From an uncultured Alphaproteobacteria bacterium (GTDB taxonomy: Bacteria > Pseudomonadota > Alphaproteobacteria > Parvibaculales > Parvibaculaceae): DNA of 64,000 nucleotides. Numbering within the stretch: the stretch's first letter is position 1; each line of letters opens with the position of its first letter. Of the stretch, positions 58,575 to 64,000 are shown one piece after another. The translations under genes were made by a program, and so were the position numbers. The notes under the pieces were generated by a model. That model was not told the DNA's origin, ran no database searches, and saw nothing but the letters and a program-made list of their open reading frames with translations. Location: the NCBI GenBank assembly GCA_963696585.1, contig CAVOKW010000035.1:77682-141681 (forward strand). Reading direction: 5' to 3'.

Positions 58575-59027
58575 ATGCTGAACGAGATTTACAATCAGCG
58601 CATTCTGAAGCTGGCGGCGGATATCCCGCTGACGGCGCGGTTGGCTGCGCCTGATGCCACGGCGGTGGCGGTCTCGAAACTTTGCGGTTCCAAGGTGACG
58701 GTCGATATTTGCATGTCGGGTGACCGCGTGGCCGCCTATGGCGCCGAGATCAAGGCTTGTGCTCTGGGGCAGGCGTCCTCCTCGATCATGGCGCGTCATG
58801 TCATCGGCGCAAGCGCGGCAGAGCTTCATGCCGTCGCGGCGCAGATGCGGAAAATGCTGAAAGAGGATGGTCCGGCCCCGACGGGCGACTGGGCCGATCT
58901 TGAAGTGCTCGAACCGGTTCGGGGCTATAAGGCGCGTCATGCCTCCACATTGTTGATATTCGACGCTGTGGAGGAGGCGATTGATGCCGCCATGGCGCGC
59001 AATGACGGCAAGAGTAGACGTGGATGA
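58575..59027 (+). CDS. IscU/NifU_N-like scaffold protein
   Basis: SKLCGSKV, KACALGQASSS, RHASTLL; stop codon lies inside a REP. Confidence 0.9.
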   Translation: MLNEIYNQRILKLAADIPLTARLAAPDATAVAVSKLCGSKVTVDICMSGDRVAAYGAEIKACALGQASSSIMARHVIGASAAELHAVAAQMRKMLKEDGPAPTGDWADLEVLEPVRGYKARHASTLLIFDAVEEAIDAAMARNDGKSRRG

Positions 59028-59171
59028 CCCGCCTGAAGCGGGTCATGACGGGTATTTGTTGCGTCGTCATGGCCCGGCTTGTCCGGGCCATCCCACGTCT
59101 ACAAGGCCCTGAATGCGGGGATCCCGGGATGACGGCTACCGGTCGGATTGCCTGGCTTTGCTCGTCATGAC
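59020..59171. repeat. REP-like cluster
   Basis: GTGGATGACCCGCCTGAAGCGGGTCATGAC; GTCATGGCCCGGCTTGTCCGGGCCATCC; ..CCGGGATGAC; GGATTGCC..GTCATGAC. Confidence 0.8.
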
Positions 59172-59300
59172 ATCGCTGTTTCCAGTCAGGCTTGGGCGGC
59201 ACACGAGCCCGCTGGTTGTGCCCATCCCGATTAAAAGCTAACAAATGCGCCGACAGGGGCTGGCTTCCAGCCTTCGAGTCGCGGAAACGGAATCTGGCTC

Positions 59301-59648
59301 ATGCGGCCTGCCCGAAAGACATCTGGTCTGGTTGCGCTGATGATGCGCGGCGTCATCCAGTTTTATCGGATGATCATCTCACCGATGATCGGGCCGCGTT
59401 GCCGACATCTGCCGACCTGCTCGGAATATGGCCTGACAGCCATAGAGCGGTTCGGTGCCTGGCGAGGCGGCTGGCTGACGCTGGCGCGCCTCAGCCGCTG
59501 CCACCCTTGGGGCAGTCACGGGTTTGACCCCGTGCCCGAGGAATTGGCGGCGGCGCCGCTGTGGGCGCCGTGGCGCTATGGGCGGTGGAAGATGGTTGAG
59601 GTTTCGGCGGGGCGTGACGGCTTGAGCGATTGCGACGGACAACACTGA
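59301..59648 (+). CDS. yidD: Membrane protein insertion efficiency factor
   Basis: CRHLPTCSEY, RCHPWGSHGFDPVP. Confidence 0.95.
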   Translation: MRPARKTSGLVALMMRGVIQFYRMIISPMIGPRCRHLPTCSEYGLTAIERFGAWRGGWLTLARLSRCHPWGSHGFDPVPEELAAAPLWAPWRYGRWKMVEVSAGRDGLSDCDGQH

Positions 59649-59681
59649 GCGGCAGCGACTGAGTGAATTGAGAGACAGATA

Positions 59682-61640
59682 ATGATCAGACTGACACTTC
59701 CCGATGGCGCGGTCCGCGAATTTGATGCGCCCTTGAGCGGCCTTGCCTTTGCCGAGAGCATTGCCAGGTCGCTCGCCAAGAAGGCGATTGCCGTCAAGCT
59801 TGATGGTGAGGTGAAAGACCTTGCCACGCTCATCGACAAGGATGCGGCGATTGAAGTTGTGGTGCGCGAGACGACCGATGGCGTCGATCTGCTGCGCCAT
59901 GACTGTGCCCACGTCATGGCTGAGGCCGTGCAGGAGCTTTTCCCCGGTACGCAGGTGACGATCGGCCCCGTGATCGAAAACGGCTTTTTCTATGACTTTG
60001 CCCGCTCGGAGCCTTTCAAGGCTGAAGACCTTGAAAAGATCGAAGCGCGGATGAAGGAAATCGTTGATCGTGACGAGACGATCACGCGTGAAGTCTGGGA
60101 TCGCGACGAGGCGGTCGCCTATTTCAGGAAAATCGGTGAAGCCTATAAGGCCGAACTCATTGAAGCCATTCCGGCGGGTGAACCTGTGTCGATCTATCGA
60201 CAGGGCCATTGGCTTGATCTTTGTCGCGGGCCGCACCTCCCGTCCACGGGCAAGCTCGGCAAGGCTTTCAAGCTGACGAAACTCGCTGGCGCTTATTGGC
60301 GCGGCGACAGCCGCAACGAGATGCTTCAGCGCATTTACGGCACCTGCTGGGCGAATGAAAAGGACCTCGAAGCCTATCTGACGATGGTGGAAGAGGCCGA
60401 GCGCCGCGACCACCGCAAGATCGGTCGCGAGATGGAGCTTTTCCATTTGCAGGAAGAGGCGCAGGGCTCGGTGTTCTGGCATCCCAAGGGCTATCGCATC
60501 TGGCAGGCGCTGGAACAATATGTGCGCCGTCGCATTGACCGGGCTGGTTATGTGGAAGTGAAAACGCCGCAGTTGCTCGATGCCAAGTTCTGGGAACAGT
60601 CAGGCCATTGGGGCAAGTATCGCGAAAACATGTTCGTGGTGCCGGACGAAGTTCCGTCCACGGATGATGAGGCCCCGATCCTGTCGGGCAAGGCCAAGCT
60701 CATGGCGATCAAGCCGATGAACTGCCCGGCGCATATCCAGATTTTCAAGCAGGGCGTCAAATCCTACCGTGATCTGCCGCTGCGCATGGCGGAGTTTGGC
60801 TGTTGCCATCGCAACGAGCCGCATGGTGCGTTGCATGGGCTGATGCGTGTGCGCCAGATGACGCAGGATGACGCGCATATTTTCTGTCGCGAAGACCAGA
60901 TCCAGAGCGAAACAGAAGCCTTCTGTGCGTTGCTTGAAACGGTCTATGACGATATGGGCTTTACCGACGTTGCCATTCGTCTGGCGACACGGCCAGAGAT
61001 GCGTGCCGGTTCGGACGAGACCTGGGATAAGGCCGAAAAGGCATTGGGCGACGCACTTCGCGCCACGGGCCGTGACTTTGTGGTGGCGCCGGGCGATGGC
61101 GCTTTCTATGGCCCAAAACTTGAGTTCCATTTGAAGGATGCCATTGGCCGTTCCTGGCAGCTTGGCACCTTGCAGCTCGATTTTGTGCTGCCGGAGCGGC
61201 TGGACGCCAGCTATATCGGCGAAGACAGCGCCAAGCATCGTCCGGTCATGCTGCATCGCGCGATCATGGGCTCGCTGGAACGCTTTATCGGCATTTTGAT
61301 TGAGCATTATGAGGGTCGTTTCCCGCTATGGCTCGCGCCTGTGCAAGCCGTGGTGGCGACAATCACCTCGGAGGCTGATGACTACGCGTTGAGCGTGGCT
61401 GAAGAGCTGCGCGCGGCGGGCTTGCGCGTTGAAACCGATCTGCGCAATGAGAAGATCAACTACAAGGTGCGCGAACACTCGGTTGGCAAGGTGCCGGTCA
61501 TTCTGGTGGCCGGACGGCGCGAGGCTGAGGAGCACAAGGTTTCGGTGCGTCGCCTTGGTTCGCAGGATCAGACAGTGATGACACTGGATGAGGCGATCAT
61601 TTCTCTCAAGGCCGAGGCGACGCCGCCCGATTTGCGCTGA
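59682..61640 (+). CDS. thrS: Threonyl-tRNA synthetase
   Basis: [35 protein letters not shown]. Confidence 0.99.
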   Translation: MIRLTLPDGAVREFDAPLSGLAFAESIARSLAKKAIAVKLDGEVKDLATLIDKDAAIEVVVRETTDGVDLLRHDCAHVMAEAVQELFPGTQVTIGPVIENGFFYDFARSEPFKAEDLEKIEARMKEIVDRDETITREVWDRDEAVAYFRKIGEAYKAELIEAIPAGEPVSIYRQGHWLDLCRGPHLPSTGKLGKAFKLTKLAGAYWRGDSRNEMLQRIYGTCWANEKDLEAYLTMVEEAERRDHRKIGREMELFHLQEEAQGSVFWHPKGYRIWQALEQYVRRRIDRAGYVEVKTPQLLDAKFWEQSGHWGKYRENMFVVPDEVPSTDDEAPILSGKAKLMAIKPMNCPAHIQIFKQGVKSYRDLPLRMAEFGCCHRNEPHGALHGLMRVRQMTQDDAHIFCREDQIQSETEAFCALLETVYDDMGFTDVAIRLATRPEMRAGSDETWDKAEKALGDALRATGRDFVVAPGDGAFYGPKLEFHLKDAIGRSWQLGTLQLDFVLPERLDASYIGEDSAKHRPVMLHRAIMGSLERFIGILIEHYEGRFPLWLAPVQAVVATITSEADDYALSVAEELRAAGLRVETDLRNEKINYKVREHSVGKVPVILVAGRREAEEHKVSVRRLGSQDQTVMTLDEAIISLKAEATPPDLR

Positions 61641-61665
61641 TCGCCTCCTGTCCTCCGCCCTCAGC

Positions 61666-61732
61666 GTCATCCCGGCCTTGTCCGGGATCCATCTCTATTG
61701 AAGTATGGACCCCGGAATAAATCCGGGGTGAC
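61666..61732. repeat. REP-like doublet
   Basis: GTCATCCCGGCCTTGTCCGGGATCCA...TGGACCCCGGAATAAATCCGGGGTGAC. Confidence 0.8.
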
Positions 61733-61837
61733 AGATTTGGGTGGGGGATGCATTGCATTCCCGCCCATCCGTGGCGGACAGGCCACGGTGGTTATGGTTA
61801 GGATCAGCCTGGGTATGACACGGGCTGGGGAAATGGC

Positions 61838-63565
61838 ATGAGGCCGGGAAGACGGGCGGGGGCAGCCTTTGCGCTGACACTTACGATTTTGAGTTCCAAC
61901 CTCAAGGCCGACGAGCAAGAGATACCGGCGCAAATGGCGCCAGTGGCAAGCGGCGGCGAGGTGATTGATCCCGCCCTTGTGACAACGCCGATGGTTTGGC
62001 GCTGGCGCATTACCAAGACCGAGTGGAGTGCGAGCGATGAACGCGCCTATGGCGAGTTTGTGGCTGCGATCGGCAAGAGCGATTGCCACAAGGTCGATCA
62101 ATGCCTGCAAAGCCCCGCCAATATCTATCGATCAAGCGATCCCAAGGGGGCCTATTATTTTTCAGACTGCGCGGACCTGCCCTATATGCTGCGCGCCTAT
62201 TTTGCATGGAAAAATGGCTTGCCCTTTTCTTATGCCAGCGGCGTGGCCGCCGTTGGCGCGTCGCGTGATCTGCGCTATTCGCGCTATGGCAATTATGTCT
62301 TTGCGCGACAGGATGTCGTGGCGCCCGTTGAAGGCGCCTATCCCAATGCGCGCTCGGTGCTGAATACGCTCAACAATACAATATCGAGCGCGATGTTCCG
62401 CTACGCCCCGGGTTTGACACGTGGCGAAGCGACCGACTTTTATCCCGTCAGGATTGCGCCGGGTTCCATTCGTCCGGGTACGGTTATTTATGACCCGAAT
62501 GGCCATGTCGCGGTTGTCTATGATGTCGATGATGAAGGGCGCATTCGTTTCATTGACGCCCATCCTGATAATTCCCTGACACGCGGCAATTACGGTCGGC
62601 GCTTTGTGCGTGCTTCGCCGCCCATGGGCGCAGGGTTCAAGAACTGGCGACCGTTGAAACTGGTCGGCGCCCGTCAGGGAGCCGATGGCACCTGGTATGG
62701 GGGGCGCATTGAAGCAACGCCCGACAAGGAGTTGCCGGATTGGTCGGATGAGCAGTTCTACGGCACAGTGACGCCCAGGCCCACCGGCTGGCAAAGCTCG
62801 GTCTTTGTCTATAAGGGGCAGGTCATGGATTATTATGACTATGTGCGTCATGCGAGCGCCGGACATGACATTGTCTATGATCCCGTTGAAGAGACGCGCA
62901 GCATGGTCGCAGGTCTCTGCGAGGATTTGCACTATCGCGTGCAGGCGGTCGATATCGCGATCAAGGCCGGTCTCGACAAGCAGGCGCAACCCTCACGTCT
63001 GCCGCCAAACATTTACGGCACGGAGGGGGATTGGGAGACCTATTCGACTCCGTCACGTGATGCGCGTCTCAAGGTGTCGTTTCAGGAGCTGCATGATCAG
63101 GTCGCCAATTTTCTCGCGCTCTATGCCCAGAAAGCACCGGACATTGTTTATGCGGGAAATGACCTGAAGGGCGATTTGAAGCGCGCCTATATGGAAGAGA
63201 CCAGGGCTTGCCGCATTGCCTATCAGGCAAGCAATGGCGAGACACGCGAAATGAGTTTTGAAGAGGTCAAGGCGCGGCTCTTTGCCATGTCCTTTGATCC
63301 TTATCATTGCATCGAGCGACGCTGGGGCGCGACATCGGGGGCGGAACTTGCGACCTGTCAGGAAGATGGCTTGAAGCGCGCCTGGTATGAGGCGGAATCA
63401 AGATTGCGCAATCAGACAGAACGCACTTATGACGCGCGAATGGATTTTGATCTTGGTGATTTGCGCGGTCGCGTGCCCGGCATCGGGCAGGATGCGCCGC
63501 CTGCCATTGATGTGTTGTCATTGCTGAACGACGGGCAGTCAAGCGAAGTTGCCGTGACGCCATAG
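61838..63565 (+). CDS. Secreted 575-aa protein with a putative papain-like Cys-His-Asp site
   Basis: Signal peptide; SDCADLPYMLRAY, YDPNGHVAVV, FIDAHPD. Confidence 0.75.
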   Translation: MRPGRRAGAAFALTLTILSSNLKADEQEIPAQMAPVASGGEVIDPALVTTPMVWRWRITKTEWSASDERAYGEFVAAIGKSDCHKVDQCLQSPANIYRSSDPKGAYYFSDCADLPYMLRAYFAWKNGLPFSYASGVAAVGASRDLRYSRYGNYVFARQDVVAPVEGAYPNARSVLNTLNNTISSAMFRYAPGLTRGEATDFYPVRIAPGSIRPGTVIYDPNGHVAVVYDVDDEGRIRFIDAHPDNSLTRGNYGRRFVRASPPMGAGFKNWRPLKLVGARQGADGTWYGGRIEATPDKELPDWSDEQFYGTVTPRPTGWQSSVFVYKGQVMDYYDYVRHASAGHDIVYDPVEETRSMVAGLCEDLHYRVQAVDIAIKAGLDKQAQPSRLPPNIYGTEGDWETYSTPSRDARLKVSFQELHDQVANFLALYAQKAPDIVYAGNDLKGDLKRAYMEETRACRIAYQASNGETREMSFEEVKARLFAMSFDPYHCIERRWGATSGAELATCQEDGLKRAWYEAESRLRNQTERTYDARMDFDLGDLRGRVPGIGQDAPPAIDVLSLLNDGQSSEVAVTP

Positions 63566-63568
63566 GCA

Positions 63569-64000
63569 TCAGAATTGCAACCACAAGCCGACGCGCCATG
63601 TCTTTTCATTAAGTGTTTCGCGGCCTGTAATGACGGTCTCATATCCTGCTTCGAGTGCAATGTTCCCGGCAATGTTTTGCACGAGCGACAGGCCGAGTTT
63701 TGTCGATTGGTAGAGACCGCCTGAGGCGTTGACGCTCAGGGCCGTGGTGTTCATGCTTTTGATGAGCAGCATGGTGTCTTGATAGGGTTTCAGGCCGAGC
63801 GTGACATCGGCGCGCACGAGATCAGGGGCGTTGCCAGTGCTTTTTGTATAACCGACTTCCTGGACTGAAAAAGCCTCAATGCCGAGGACGGGGGCCGAAC
63901 GCGCCATGACGATGGCCATTTCGCCATCCACATCGCCGCTATGGGGAGAGGAGGGATTGTCGCCTGAGGTTGTGCCATGGATGGTCGCAAGCGGCTGAAG
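63569..64000 (-). CDS. 3' part of a probable outer-membrane beta-barrel protein (open to window edge)
   Basis: Frame stays open to base 64000; alternating hydrophobic strands; ends WRVGLWLQF. Confidence 0.6.
   Translation of the reverse strand, partial: LQPLATIHGTTSGDNPSSPHSGDVDGEMAIVMARSAPVLGIEAFSVQEVGYTKSTGNAPDLVRADVTLGLKPYQDTMLLIKSMNTTALSVNASGGLYQSTKLGLSLVQNIAGNIALEAGYETVITGRETLNEKTWRVGLWLQF

Overview
Window from a GC-rich alphaproteobacterium (gene content and repeat families resemble Parvibaculum/Hyphomicrobiales; this is inference). It is mostly a housekeeping backbone: rpsD, grxD-bolA-purLQS, purC, purB, radC, map, tRNA-Leu(UAA), cysE, phoX, hisI, folE, cysS, yidD, thrS, plus catabolic enzymes. 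There is no integrase, transposase or cas gene. The unusual content has five parts. (1) An Abi_2/AbiF-type HEPN gene lies next to a twin-hairpin element, a candidate RNA antitoxin. (2) A ~750-bp direct repeat of grxD-bolA-purL' is fused to a copy of the rpsD 3' end; the repeats bracket a cassette encoding a beta-hairpin repeat protein, an EF-hand protein, a two-component system and a dioxygenase. (3) An orphan HfaB/CsgG-type lipoprotein and an Asn-ladder secreted protein converge on each other, each with a consensus sigma54 promoter, and are separated by a 5-unit array of REP-like hairpins. (4) A GTCAT/ATGAC REP-like family is active, forming doublets and tandem amplifications and in one case supplying a stop codon. 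(5) Several gene scars (SDR, sulfatase, HCCA isomerase, purL/rpsD) keep only short recognisable pieces. All family assignments are from motif recognition, not database searches.
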